A DNA stretch of 64,000 nucleotides from the human T2T-CHM13v2.0 reference genome, Homo sapiens, in the NCBI RefSeq assembly GCF_009914755.1, contig NC_060931.1, one strand, 5' to 3'. Every line of letters starts with the position of its first letter. The first letter of the stretch is position 1. The notes beneath the pieces are model-generated. The model was not told the origin of the DNA, did not search any database, and saw only the letters and a list, made by a program, of their open reading frames with translations. Positions 15,895-33,143 of this stretch are shown here, piece after piece. Both the position numbers and the translations under genes were made by a program.

Positions 15895-16271
15895 TGTATT
15901 AGTCCATTCTCACACTGCTATGAAGAAATATCCGAGACTGGGTAATTTATAAAGGAAAGAGGTTTAATTGACTCACAGTTCCGTATTGCTGGAGAGTCCT
16001 CAGGAAACTTACAATCATGGCAGAAGGCAAAGGAGAAACAGGCACCTTCTTCACAGGGTGGCAGGATGGAGTTAGAACAAGCAAGGGAAATGACAGATGC
16101 TTATTAAACCATCAGATCCCGTGAGACTCACTCACTATCACAGGAACAGCACGGGGGAACCGCCCCCACGGTCCAATTACCTCCTCCTGGTCCCACCCTT
16201 GACACGTGGGGATTATGGGGATTACAACTCGAGGTGAGATTTGCGTAATGACACAGAGCCAAACAGTATCA
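15895..16271 (-). mobile_element. THE1C/D- or MSTA-type MaLR solo LTR
   Basis: TGTATTAGTCCATTCTCACACTGCTATG...GCCAAACAGTATCA. Degenerate 5-bp TSD AGGCC/AGATC. Confidence 0.88.
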
Positions 16272-16654
16272 AGATCCTTGAATAACGTCCTTTCATTCAA
16301 GGTCATTTCCTTATAAGGTTGATGAGGAAAAAACCTGGCTAGGGCCATTAAATGTATAGGGTCTGCATGATCTCACCACATCTATGTGGGCTTTCTCTAG
16401 GTACTCTGGTTTCTACCTACATCCCAAAGATGTGCACTTTCGGTGAACTGGCTGTCTACACAGTCCCACTGTGAAAGTGAGAGTGAGTGTGTGTGTGTGT
16501 GTGTAAGTGTGCCTCAGAGTAGAATGTGTCCTGTCCTGGATCAGTTCCCTCTTTGTCCCCTGAGCTGCCCAGAAAAGCTCCAACTGCCCATCACCCTGAA
16601 CTGAAATAAGCTGGTAAATAATTATCTTGCTTGTTGTTTTCATTGATCTTTCTT

Positions 16655-16687
16655 CACTTGATCTTAGCTAAAAGGCTGAGAAGTGAT
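16655..16687 (-). pseudogene. U2 snRNA 5' fragment (nt 1-33), tailless retropseudogene
   Basis: Reverse complement ATCACTTCTCAGCCTTTTAGCTAAGATCAAGTG versus U2 ATCGCTTCTCGGCCTTTTGGCTAAGATCAAGTG (30/33). 17-bp TSD TTTCATTGATCTTTCTT / TTTTATTGATTTTTCTT. Confidence 0.88.
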
Positions 16688-19259
16688 TTTTATTGATTTT
16701 TCTTAAATGTACATATAGCTCATATTTATTTCAGTGTTAAATACTAGAAGTGTTTGGTCTTTATTCAGAAGTTTGGTGATGTTTTTGTGACAAGAAACAT
16801 GCTGTAGGAACTTAACTCTTGCTGATACCAATTAGCCTAGGGTAAAATGGGTTTTCTTTTATGTCATTTTGGTTAAAATCAGTTTCTAAAAAACTATCAA
16901 CAATGTTAAGGATTTACTGTACACAATAATACTGATATTAATTGAAACCAATTATATTAAAGCAAGTTAAAAATTTTAATTTTCCTAATCATATTGTATC
17001 CTACTTATTTACACTAGTTTAAGTTGTCGCACTAGATTATATATTTAGTTAGATCTTATATTTAGTATTTATTCATAATTATATTTAATGAATATACAGC
17101 TAATTTTGAAATATTTTATAGTTCAGGCACACAAAAATTTTGAAAAAGATACATTTTAAAAAGTCACTTTATTATTGCCTTACATTATAATTTCAAATTT
17201 TAATCAGTACCTAAAATGTTACATAAAGATTATTCTTAATATAAAACAGTAATTTCATAATCACAAATTTAATTAAAAAATTTAATATTCAGTGTAACAT
17301 TTGCTAAGATACTATTATATTAGGCTTAGTATGATTTATCAGAAATGATTTCACTGTATCTCCAATGCTAGCAGTTTAGTATTATACATTTAGGTGGTAG
17401 AATGTGTTGTCAGTAACTTTCACGACTCATGATGACAGATTTTCCCTATAGGAAAGAAAATATCTTGTCTGCTTTTATGGCTTTGCTAGGATTTCAAGGT
17501 TCAGAAAACTCTATTATAAGTGTCCAGCAGCTTCTGGAAATGAGATTATGTCCAGTCTAGAGAACCAGTTTACATTTTTAACGACCTGTCTAGTTGGAGA
17601 AAAGGACGGATGAGATATAAGGAAGAAAAAGGTAAAGTCAATAGCAAACCTAAAGTAAAAAAGGTTTTTGATGAAAAGCAGTTTAAAATTTACTATCAAC
17701 TTTTTGCCCAAAATGTACTGTCTCCTTTGCTCTAGAAAAAGAAAGATGAAATCGCTAAGAAAAGAGGACAAAGGAAATAAAACTTATAGAATATTAACAA
17801 TACATACATGAAGAGCAAAAACTGTGTGCACATAATTGTATACAATTGAATTAGGTACTACATATGAGATACAATAAACAATACATTAATTTTTATGTAC
17901 TACATATAACCTAGCAAATTTTCTCTGAGGTGATTAATACGGCAAGAACTAAATAGGAGTTTCTGTGAAGATAGTTTCTGTACTAAATCACATGTGTTAT
18001 ATGATGTGATTCCAAAAAGCAAAATTTATAATTACACTGAAGCACATGGACTATAGTCATTTTATTCTCTTTCATCGTTCCTGAAAGATGCTGAGAAAAA
18101 GAAAAGTGGGTTGCCATTTACTTAATTAAGGCTTACTGCTGCCCATCTAAACACATGGCAAGCAGAATGATTTAATATAAAACTCTTCTAACAAGCCACC
18201 ACCATCTATTCCTATAAGATAGGCAAGTCACTATGGCATTCTATAAGCTGATTCAATCAACCTTTCTAATCATATTTCTCAACATTCTCTTATGTAAACA
18301 GTATACAATCTTAATTTTAAAATAAAAAAAACCAATATGTGAGTCTTGTAAATAACAAGAATAAGAACAATATTTTAGACAGAGTTTGAGATTGTAGAAT
18401 ATTTCAGGGTCCAAGTTCAGCTAAAAGTTGCAAACGCAGAAGGAAAGCTCAGGAGAGGCCAGAGCCAAAACTACACACTGGTGAATCCTCCATCTATAGG
18501 ATACTTAATCAAATTCATCAAATATTTATTAAATATATATTTTATATATACTAGACTACTGATACAATAGTTGTCACAGTCCCAACAGGTTTGAAGTCTA
18601 AGAGTAGGGATAGACAAGCCAGGCCATCATGGAACTGACACTATAAGTAATTGACAGAGTGCTACAGTGGCACACAAGAAGTGCCAGGCTTGGGGGAGCA
18701 AGCTAGTAAGAGAAAAGGAAGGAAAGGCTTCCTAGTAATTGATAGGACAAGAAAAGTCCAAATAAATAAATGAAGCCATGGCAAGAGGGTGAGAGAGAAA
18801 AATAATACCCAGATTCAGGGAATAGAAAGAAAAGTAGGAAGACAAAAGTGTTTGTAAAAGAAATGGTATGAAATGAGGGAGGAGCAAGGAAGACCATGAA
18901 GGCCACTTCATTTCTTAGCTCACAGCTTGCTATGTTCTGAATATCTATGCCTCCCCCCGCCAAAATTCGTATGTTGAAACCTAATTCTCGATGTGATGGT
19001 ATCAAGAGGTAAGGCCTTTGGGGGAGGATTAGGTGAGATTAGTGTCTTTATAAAAGAGGCCTGAGGCGGTCTGCCCCTTCCACTATGTGGGGACAAAGTG
19101 AGAAGATACCATTTATGAACCAGAAAACAGTCCCCCACCAGACACAGAAGCTGCTAGTGCGATGATCTTGGACACTGCAGCCTCCAGAACTGTGAGAAAT
19201 AAGCTTCTGTTGTTTATAAACCACACTGTTTATAATATTTTGTTACAACAGCCCAATCA

Positions 19260-22021
<2,762 letters not shown>

Positions 22022-23274
22022 AACAGCCCAATCAGACTAAGACATAGCTGACTTCTCATTCAATCACTTGTATTTACATGTGGCTAGCCATGCTACAATT
22101 TTTAAAGAGTGAGTGACTTTGCAGGATCTCTTAGCCCCAAAATAGAGCTTTGTATAATATTAACGTATTCAATAAAAGTTGTACAAGTAAACATTTCCTC
22201 TGGCTCTGAACATCAGGTCACTTCCTCTTCAGTCATTTGTTGTAATTATTTGTTTTCCGAAAGAGGCCAGAAGGGGTGAGAAGAATGAAAGGTTATTTGA
22301 ATAGAAACTAACCTACGGAGTTATTTTCCTAGAAGAACGTGGTAGCGGCAGTAGGGTAAGGTAGTGCCAGAAAATGCGATATATACATTTAGAAGACTCA
22401 TGCTAACCCCTATGTAGTCCAGAGTGGAAGGTTTCATCTTTTCTGATTTACAAACATGAAAGAGTCCCAAAGTATATTTATAGGTTAATGCCAATTCTTC
22501 ACCTTAACAAATATAAAAAGCTAGCTCACTGATAGTGAATTACTTTGTGTAATTTGTTTGCTTTATGCTTCTCTCTGTGATTCAGCTGAGACATAATCCA
22601 CAGAATTCAATAAATACAGCTAGTGATTAATGCCATTAGGGTCACTAATAGGTTGTCTGATCCTCCCAAGTTTTCCAAAGCAAAGAGTAATAAGCTGCCT
22701 AGCTACAGTTTCTGCTAGTAGAGTGTTTTTCATCTTGATTCTGCCTTTCCAATACAGCTTCCCTCACAGCAGGAACTAAAACCTTACTTAAGAAAATGAC
22801 ACAAACACACGAAAAAGAAATTTCTTACGGCATACACTTTCTTGGTGAAGTAAGTACTGTATTTTCTACCTTGGATAGTTTCTGTTTTTATCTTGCTGCT
22901 GCCATCCATTATATAGATGTATGAGTCACTGTCCTAAAAGACAGAGACTAAAGCATGGGTGGTTCTCTACGGTATTTAATACTGATCTCTGCATTATAGG
23001 AATCCAAAAGAATGCAGCCAGATGATAATGGCTTGGGTACAGGCCACCCAGAAATCATAAAATCATGAGATGACTATTATTAAAATTAAAAAGAATATTA
23101 GGAAATACATTTAAAAGAAATACAAAAGACAAAGGGTGAGTATCCTTGTTCAAACAGAGTTGATCCCAATAGCTTATAAAATGAAAATAAAATCATATAG
23201 GAAAAATGAAATAGAAAAAAGACATGACACAAAAGGGAAGGAATTTAAATAGCAGATATATAATCTCTAATCAT

Positions 23275-23279
23275 ACACA

Positions 23280-23323
<44 letters not shown>
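23275..23323. repeat. (CA)n microsatellite
   Basis: About 24 CA units with one TA interruption. Confidence 0.95.
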
Positions 23324-23326
<3 letters not shown>

Positions 23327-23329
23327 TTT

Positions 23330-24060
23330 CCAATGCCAAAGACTTCCATATTGCTAAATCTAATGGTCAATTATCCTATGTTACTTTACCCATCAGATAT
23401 ATATAACACAAATGATCACTCTGTATTCCTTGATTTTCTTTCATCATTTAAGGACCATGACCATAGTTTCCTGGTTGTCCCCTAACTCATGGGTTACTCC
23501 TGCTTTGTCCCTCGGAATTTTTAACACTGGAGTATTCCACAGCTCAGTATCTGTACTGTCTGCAGTCATTAGGTTATTTTCACTGTCTCATGGCCTTATA
23601 TGGCTTTCTATATACTGATGACTCTGTATCCAACAACCTACTCAATGTGAGGTGGATAAATAACTCAAACTTAAATCACTGAATCTCTTCTCTTTCCCCC
23701 ACTGTAACCACTACTCTTACAATCTCCCCAATCTAAGGAAAAATCATTCTTTTCTAGTTGTTTAGTTCAAAATCCTTGACTTTTCTTGGAGTCATCCTTC
23801 ACTTTTCTTTCTTGCACCTAGTAACTGATTTGTCAGCCAGTTCTATAGGGGAAAATACATTCTCAATCTGGCTCTTTCTTTGCATCCTCCGTGGTACAAT
23901 CCTGAAAAAACAGCTGATGGCATTCCTCTGCTGAAAACCTTCCAGTGACTTCCCATCTCATTCATAGTAAATCATCAATACTATCTACAAAGGAACTTTA
24001 AGATCTACCCTGTTATCTTTCTGATCACTCTCCTTCCTAGTAAGTTCCCCTCATTATCTC
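23330..24060. mobile_element. L2 fragments
   Basis: CATATTGCTAAATCTAATGGTCAA and CTGCTGAAAACCTTCCAGTGACTTCCCATCTCA L2-like motifs. Confidence 0.6.
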
Positions 24061-24064
24061 CACT

Positions 24065-25390
24065 TGCAGATTGTTTGCACAATTATCCATAATTATTTCC
24101 TCCTCCCAATCTATACCCCTTTATAATGTGACTTTCCAGACTGTTTCATCACAAGCTATTAATATGCATCCCTTTCCCCACCTCAATAATTTGTATTAGC
24201 CTTGAAACCTGCTTTCACTTAAAAAATGCAGTAGAAGTGACAGCATGGCAGTTAGGAATAGAGGCTTCAAGTGGAGCTGCAGCCTTCCCTTTGCTCTCTT
24301 GGAACCCTCCCCTGTTACCATGAGAGTAATTCTGAGCATGCCTGATGGATGGAGGATGAGACTGGAGTCAGGTACAGCTTACAGACATCCAACCTCTAAA
24401 CATGTGGGTCCTTTCTACATGCTGACATCATCAACAAAACTGCCTACCCAACTGTGATATCATGATATAAGAGGAAATATACATTTGGTCTTCACCTCTC
24501 GTTTCCGATAAAAGAGTTGCCAAGACCCTTGGAAGCTCCACAGTAATGGGTGTCTTTCGGTGTCCTGATGAGATGACTGGTGGCTGGGGGCCTCGAGGAG
24601 AGTTTCAAGTTGGAGGCTGATACCCAAGAAAGACAAAGGCATGATCAGAGTGTGGAACGTTCATACCCACCACTCCCAGTGGAGCTACAGATTATGCTAA
24701 TCACCGATGGCCAATGATGTAATCAATCATGCCCATGTAACAGAACCCCCATTTAAAAACCCTAAACAATGTGGTTCAGAGAGCTTTCAGGTTGGGGAAC
24801 ATATCCACATGCCGGGAGGGTAGTGTATCCCAAAGCCAAGGGGGACAGAAGCTCCTGCCCTAGGACTTCTCCAGATCCCACCCTCTGTACCACATCAGCT
24901 GGCTGTTCACATTCATCCTTTATAACATCCTTTTATAATAAATTGTAAACATAAGTGTTTCCCTGAGTTCTGTGAGCCATTATAGCAAATTACCAAACAC
25001 GAGGAGGGAGTTCTGGGGACCCACTAGTTGCAACTGGCATTTAAAGTGCATGGCAATCTAGTAGGACTAAGTCCTTTACCTGTGTGTGTGTTGGAGGGTG
25101 GTGGTCTGTGCTTACTCTGAATAATGTCAGATTGAATTAAATTGTCGGACACCCAGTTGGTGGCCACAGACAACTGGCAAATTGTTTGATGTATAAAACC
25201 CAGATGTTTAGTGGCAGAAGTGTTGTGAGTACAGGAACAGTTTTCCTTTACCAACCCACGTAACTGGCACATGAATGAGCCCACAAGATCTGCCTAGCTG
25301 ACCTTAGACTTGTGAGTAAATAAATAAATCAGTGTTTAAAGCCATTAATTTTGGGGGTAGCTTATGATACAGCAAAAGCTAACTGATATC
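24065..25390 (+). mobile_element. MLT1-type LTR interrupted by a MER21 LTR
   Basis: MLT1-like start at about 24065. 3' end TGTTTAAAGCCATTAATTTTGGGG...GCAAAAGCTAACTGATA. Confidence 0.6.
24453..25250 (+). mobile_element. MER21-family LTR
   Basis: TGTGATATCATGATATAAGAGGAAATATACATTTGGTCTT...GGCCAATGATGTAATCAATCATGCC...TTCCCTGAGTTCTGTGAG. Flanked by CCAAC direct repeats. Confidence 0.75.
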
Positions 25391-26060
25391 ATTCTCATGT
25401 CTCAGGGCCTCTGCACAAGCATCCCCACTTCCTGGAAGGTTCTTCCTTTGGCTGAGCAAATGGCTTGCTTCTCCACCCCCTGCAGGTCTTAACTCAGAAG
25501 TCACCTGCTCAGTGAGGCTCTCCCTCACTTTAACTGCTAACAACCTACTGCAAAGCATGCTACCTCTTCTCCTGCGTTATTATTCTCCTTCTCACTAGTA
25601 ATATACTTAATATTTTAATTATTTGTCTTGCTTATTTCCTCTATGGGAGGTCAATGAAGTCAAGTATTTTGCTCTCCGCTGCATCATAGGTGACTACAAT
25701 AATGCCTGTTATATAGAATGACTCCATAATTAAAATATGCTAAAATAATAATGGAATATGATTTCCTACATAATATATCAAAAAAACTTAAGTTAATAAA
25801 TCTGGCAAGAGCAGAGAGAAATGTAAATTGTCTTATACTGTTGATGAAGGTTAACTTAAGCAACAATATTCTGGAAAGCAAGTTGTCAACTTAGACTTAA
25901 ATACATTTTTTAAAATTTATAACTTCTGGAGCATGTCTTAACGTCTGTGAAACTACTGTAAGTGTCACAAACTCATACACTTATAATACTACTTAATGTT
26001 TTTATAATACTTAACAAAGTTTTATTTACCAAAGATTTACTTATAAAAAACTTATAAGCT

Positions 26061-26416
<356 letters not shown>

Positions 26417-28169
26417 TTATATATAATGACTTGGTAGCATGTTCATAATATAATGTTAAAAACAGGCATGATATAAAGCAATATATAGATAAAAATCTGT
26501 ATTTCATTACATGTACACACATACATACACAGAGCAATAAACATACAAAAATGTAAAATTGAAAAAAATTATATACGTAAAAATATTAACAGACGTTATC
26601 TATAGAAGTGGGATTTTAGGTTATTTTAACTTTTTTCTTTATGTCTTCCTCTATTCCCCAAATTCATTATAATAATCCTATGTCCATAGGTGGGGGAAAA
26701 GTTAGAGGCGATAGCAGAGAATTTGCCTTTTAAAATATATGAAGTTTAAAAGAAAGGTAAATACTAAATGATACAAATTCGAGGTGTTTAATTTATCTTT
26801 ATATATTTTGTAATTATGACTGCATCAAAAATTACCTGAATACGGTTTTATTTAAAATTGAACAAATAAGCTCAATTAAAATAAATAAGTTCAGTTCAGA
26901 TTTCTGTCACACAATTTGGCTAAAATCTCACTTTGATAATCCTTGCCTCCTGTATTCTTACTTGATTGCATCCTATTAAAAGCATTAGAGGGCATCAGTG
27001 TAATGCATGATCACTAACTCTCTCCTCCCACATCAGAATTAAGCTTTGGCAAGCAACTGCCACATGGAGAAAAGTCGCTGGGAAAGCCCTATTACTGCTA
27101 ATAGGAATCATAAGACCACACTATTATGCAAAAATGTTCTTTTTACTGACTGATAAAATGCCAAGATGACACAAACTGGAGTTGTTTTTCTTGTTCCTAA
27201 CACATGGAACAGCTCTCCAGTTACTAATAACCAACTAATGTACAGTCGAGCAGGAAAAAAAATTGAATATACACTAGAGGCCGCTAGTGATAAATAAGTG
27301 AATTTTGCATGAAGTGGAAAAAAAATGCTGCTAGTTCTACAAAGAAAACTGCATACTAAGCTCCTAAGCTTCAGCTGCCCTTTTAACTACTGTGCTGGAA
27401 GCCACAAAGCAATTTTTTTCTTAATTATTTCTCGCCTTAAATATTTTTTAACAAAAGAACTAAATCTGGGAAATTTTCATATTGGGAAATTTTGTAAAAA
27501 CTTATTATTATTGTATATTTAAATTAAAGCCTTACCTTTAAGTAATAAAACCTTTTTAGATATTACAAATTAGAAAAATAATGTTATTCTCTCACTTTGT
27601 TGTCACAAAGACCCAAACCAACTAAAGAAAGCTATATGTTGTAAAATATAAGCTTGTCTTGGTAATATTTCATTAAGAGGGGGGAAATATTTTTAAATGC
27701 AAAAGATATCTAAAAAAAATTTACAACCCTCTCCCTGGAAATTTATGAATCATAAGAGTAAAATTTTAAAGTTTACTTGGAAACAAATGTAACATGAATT
27801 CAGAAAACAAGAATCTTTTGATTAAAAAAAATTTTATAAAACTAAAGAGGAATTATACTTCCTACATACTTTTTTAAATTTGCAAAGAACGTTATTAAAT
27901 TTCTCAGAATACACAAGAGGCATTTTTGTCACTTATTTGCATGACAGATGACCATTTCATTCCCTTTCACTGTCATTACATAGTGAGGAATAAAAACAGT
28001 TCCCAACCAGGGGCATTTTATACCCCAGTAAGTTAGGGACGTGTGTGGGGAGGCAGAAGTAAGGAGGAGATTAATAAAGACCATTAGACTATCCTAGGGC
28101 AAGAAGACAGCACAGGCAGCAGAGAAAAGATGCTGTTGATGTTTACGCATGAGGATTCTTTTTGTTTTT

Positions 28170-28620
28170 TTTTTTGTTTGTATTTATAGTTGGCTGGTCC
28201 CACTTAGGCGTGCAGAAACTAGCATGGTCTCAGTCTTGACCGGAGGCAAATCCCACTCCAGAAACAAACACAACCAATAGAAACAAGGACATGGGCAGAT
28301 ATTCTCTCAGAACCACCTCAACTCAGTTGAACACCATATTACACTAGAAAAGAGACACAGGAATTCACCTGTAGTACACCCAGTGGCCGGCTCACAGGTG
28401 GCTAAGTGCAAGTCCTAACTTGTTCTTAGAGTGCAAGCATAGCTGTGGATCTGGCTTCCAGCTTCCCTTGATTCCTAAATGTTTCCCAAGCCTCCCAATT
28501 CCTGCATATTCCCCCAGCCTTCCCACTTTCTCTATTAATTATATCATGTTTGATTTTTGTTTACGTTGGCCAGAGTTCTTGTTCTGTACAACTAAAAACC
28601 CACACGAATACAAAAAGTTA
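28170..28620 (+). mobile_element. Ancient ERVL LTR (LTR33-like)
   Basis: 3' end TTTTTGTTTACGTTGGCCAGAGTTCTTGTTCTGTACAACTAAAAACCC resembles the LTR33 terminus. The 5' limit is uncertain. Confidence 0.45.
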
Positions 28621-31600
28621 AATAAGTCCCAATATTGTTAACAGAAGAGATTTTGGTATAGGTCTCTGATTCTCCTCTTAAATAAAAATAATCTTAAGAA
28701 TTACCTTTTTGGGTCGGAAACACACATTCATACTGCAGTCTGTGACAGTAGGCTATATGAAGTTTTGATGAGTATTTCTAATCATTCTTTAGTAACTCTT
28801 AAGCACATAGTTAAGAACTAATTGCTGGGGATAAGACAGTAAAAATGCTAGAGAAATGTATGCTTTCACTGAGGTTACAGGCTGGTGGGAATTTGCAAAT
28901 AGGTGATTCTAATACGTTGTGATAAATGTTTGATAATAGAAGTGCTGGATAAGAGAACTTCAAGGACAAATTACGTAAGAGAGATGCAAAATAATAATGT
29001 AATATAACCTGGTAAGGTAAGAAATCTAGCCACGAAACACCCTTAGTTTATATAGGATTTGTCACTTACTTGCTTAATTGAATATGTGGGGAAATTATTT
29101 TCAGTATGAATTGTCTAAAAGGAGTAACGCTAGTTAGTTAAAAATATTTACTTATCATCTATTAGTTATCAAACCTGATCCTAGCTGCTAGGATTATTTC
29201 CAAAGATGAGTAAAACAAGAACAGGGAATTTTTCCCAATTAAATAGAAACACCCATGGATAATTTCAACATCATGTGACATTACAGTGAAGGACTGCTTA
29301 GAGAATTCATTCCTAACTTGGGTCTGTGAAAACTAAGATTTCTGGGGAGACACAACACATGGGCTGAGTTTTGAAAGATAATGATGCATAACACATGGAA
29401 GAAAGCAGGAGGCTTTTAGAAATGAATTACATAGTGTTCTGTAAAAAACAAACAAACAAACAAAAAACTCCAGTTGTACCTAAAACCTGCTCCTTGATAT
29501 TTCCAAGGGCACTCCGATGGCTTGAAAATAATAGGCTTTTTTCAACATTTAGATGGCTCCAAGATTTTAAATAATCTTTTAAACAGTGTTAATGCATACA
29601 CATCTTCTCCCCACATGGCTCCTCTAGCCCTGGGTATCACACCCAGGTGTCAGCACCCCTACATGACACCCAGCAGAAACAGATGGAACCTGACATCCAA
29701 GGTGAAAAGAAAGTGTTCCCTGGTCTAAGCCCTGTAGAGAGGGACAACACCATCTTCCCTGTAGTCTAAGGAGAAGCATTGTTAGTCTCATTCAACAAAA
29801 GTGCTCCTTGCAATTCAAAATCACAGGATTTAGAGGAGTCAGCGTTTTTAATATTTACGATTTTTTATTTTAGTTCCTTTTAGTCTAGTCATTGATACAC
29901 TAAATGCACTCTTATTCCCTTCCTCTGACTTTCTCTAGCTCTCTTCTACTTCCAAAGCCAGAGTTAACTATAGTGTAGTTAAGTATATTGCATATAATGT
30001 ACACACACACAATGACTTTTTTCTTAGTGTGGTGTAATATCTTCTGTTGTATTTTAAATGCCCTCTCTGAGATTCTTCAGCATATTCTTGACCTTGCTGG
30101 CTACAGCAGCAAAACTGAAGTCTTTAAGGAATACACCTCAAACAACTCTCAGATTCCTAACCCCACATTGTAAGTGATAGTTCAGTGCTCATCTTTGTGT
30201 AATTGCCATTTGGATATTTTCCCATAAAATTTACTCACTAGCCCTTGCTTAAATTGAATTCCAGCTGTCACTTCTGTTCCCCAACAATTGGAAGACCGTG
30301 GATAGCTCAGTTGCAATCCTATCATCAACTAAAATGTCCTGCCCTATAGTGACGTGTCAACAAATAATATAAGTCATCTTGCCTAGTGTTGGAGTTATTC
30401 TGTTTGCTCTTGGCCAAATAATACAAATCCCAACTCTTAATAACAAGAAAACCAGGCAGGAAGAATCCGAGGGTGTATTTGCAAGAAGACCTGTATGTGC
30501 GATCACATAAGTGTGTATGAAAAACCAGACAGGGACAATTCCACAACTTTTTAAGAAACAATTTTGTTGGTGTGGTATTATGTGATTACTTTCAACCATC
30601 ACTTCTTAACTCATTGATCTAAAAATCTATTAAAAATAAGTTTAAAACATGACAAGAAAACATGAGCTCTTATATTAACAATCACTAAAACAATTCAACA
30701 TTTTTTTTTAAAAAAGTAAAATGTAAAAAGCCACGTTACTCAAAACTTTTGACAAATGATCTAGCATTCTCTAAAATATTACTGGAAGATAATTTATTTC
30801 TGAAGACTCCATCCACAGTGCAGGAAGGGAAAAGGGTTCTGTCAGGAACATACTTTATGAAATAGAATAGCCATAAAAAACAATGCCTCTGATTAAATTT
30901 AGTTGTAAACTGACTTCCTGCAGCTGCTTAAAATGGTCTCGCTCTGAAAATTTATTTTGGGTTCATGCATGATCTGAGAAACATAGCACCTTCGCATACA
31001 CATTCCTCCCTCCTCTAACACTCCAAAATGATTCATAGCTATGCATGGATAATTTTGAGACCTCTGATTTATAGCATTTGATAACGAACAGACTAAAATA
31101 TATTACTAAACTAATCTAATCAATAATTTAAGATAAATATGCCTTCACGGTTTGTTGTGTAAGGTTCTTTAATACCAAGACTTCTGTTGTAAATTATATT
31201 TTAAATGCACTAATCATTTTTACCTTTCATCATTTTGATTCAAAGACCTAATAATGTTGACATGCTTACACAGCTTGGTAATTTGATTGCATAAATACTT
31301 TTTAATGGAAATTTACTGAAGCAAATGACTAATCATTGCTAAGGCTAGGCTTATAAGAATCAACTGAACCAAAGATCTTTGGTTCATATTTGTTTCCTTT
31401 CTGCATATGTTAAAGCATATAGAAATTACATGTTTTGACTATTCCATGAGAGGCTTGCAAAGCAGTAAAAAAAAAAAAAACACAATCAATGAGAAAATTA
31501 GTCATAGAGAGACTGAAATCAACTGCCACATATAGTGGAGGTTATCAAGATCACAACTTATGCTCAGATACTTGACACCAACTTACTTCACACTGATTTC

Positions 31601-31779
31601 ATGTTTATTGTCTTGCTCCTTTAAAAACAGAATTGAACAAGCTTTTATATACTTTTTACTAAGATATAGCAAATATAGACCTTACATATAAGTCTTTACT
31701 ACTATTTTATATAATGTCTAGGATTGAGTTGAAAACACTGAGAATTTTGCTTTGTTCCAACTAAAAGAACATGTATTCC

Positions 31780-32260
31780 AAAGAAGCACATAAAAAAATG
31801 ATAACAAATTTCAACAAAAAGGCAACTTTTAGAAATCAGGTTCATCAACTGTGTAAAATAAAGAAAGAAAATTGTGGTATACGCATATACTGGAACACTA
31901 CTCGACAGCAAAAAGGAACAAACTACATAAAATAACATAATAAATACATAAAATACATGGATGAATAAAATAACACAGATGAATCTCAAAAGCATTTGAT
32001 AAGTGAAAAATAACAGAAAAGACAACAAATTGTGTGATTTCATTTGTATGACATTCTAGAAGTCTACAGGGGACACGGTGTGGGAGGAGGCGAATGACTG
32101 CAAAGCGGGAGGTAGGAACTTTCTGGGATGATGGACGTGTTTTAATCTCGACTGTGGTGGTGGGTACACAACTATATAACGCTTCAAAAATAATTGAACT
32201 GTATGTTTAAAGTGGATGAATTTTGTTGTATGAAATTATAGCTAAACAAAGTGGATTTAA
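31780..32260 (+). mobile_element. L1M 3' end fragment
   Basis: AAATTGTGGTATACGCATATACTGGAACACTACTC...GATGAATCTCAAAAGCAT. Confidence 0.65.
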
Positions 32261-32781
32261 AACAAAAGAAATCAGATGCCAAACACTACCTTCCTATATG
32301 CCAACCACTATCTGAAAAATGCTTACAACGTTTCTGAAAAGTAATACAATTATTACATTCAGAATAGTTAACCATGACAAAAATATTTACAGCTATGGCC
32401 TAAAACTACATCAGGTACATGCTGAACTATTCAATAATTTATCATTATAGCTTTTAAGAGCCATGCTCCATCCTCTTAATTTATCCAGATCTTCTGTAAT
32501 CAGCCACAGTAATGTTACCTCATCAAGATTTCTCTGAATACTCCAAAAGAAAGTGATCTCTTCCTGAAACGTCACAGATGAAGAAACTACAGCCCAAAAA
32601 GTTAAATTACTTGCTAAAAGTAATGAAGTGGCAGAACCCGATTTTGAACCTTAATCTAACTCTCTGACTACATAATGTCCCTTCTGGAGGGTGCTGCTAC
32701 CTGCAATGAAATAAAACAAAATTGTTCAAAGTTACTCACAGGTAGCCAGACTTAGACTGTCACTGATTCCTTCAAGAGTAA

Positions 32782-33143
<362 letters not shown>

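Larger units (their letters stand above)
15888..16921 (+). mobile_element. MER6A-like Tigger-family DNA element, interrupted by a THE1 LTR and a U2 fragment
   Basis: GCAGG|..|CCTTGAATAACGTC...GGGTCTGCATGATCTC...GTACTCTGGTTTCTACCTACATCCCAAAGATGTGCAC...GGATTTACTGTA. Confidence 0.7.
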
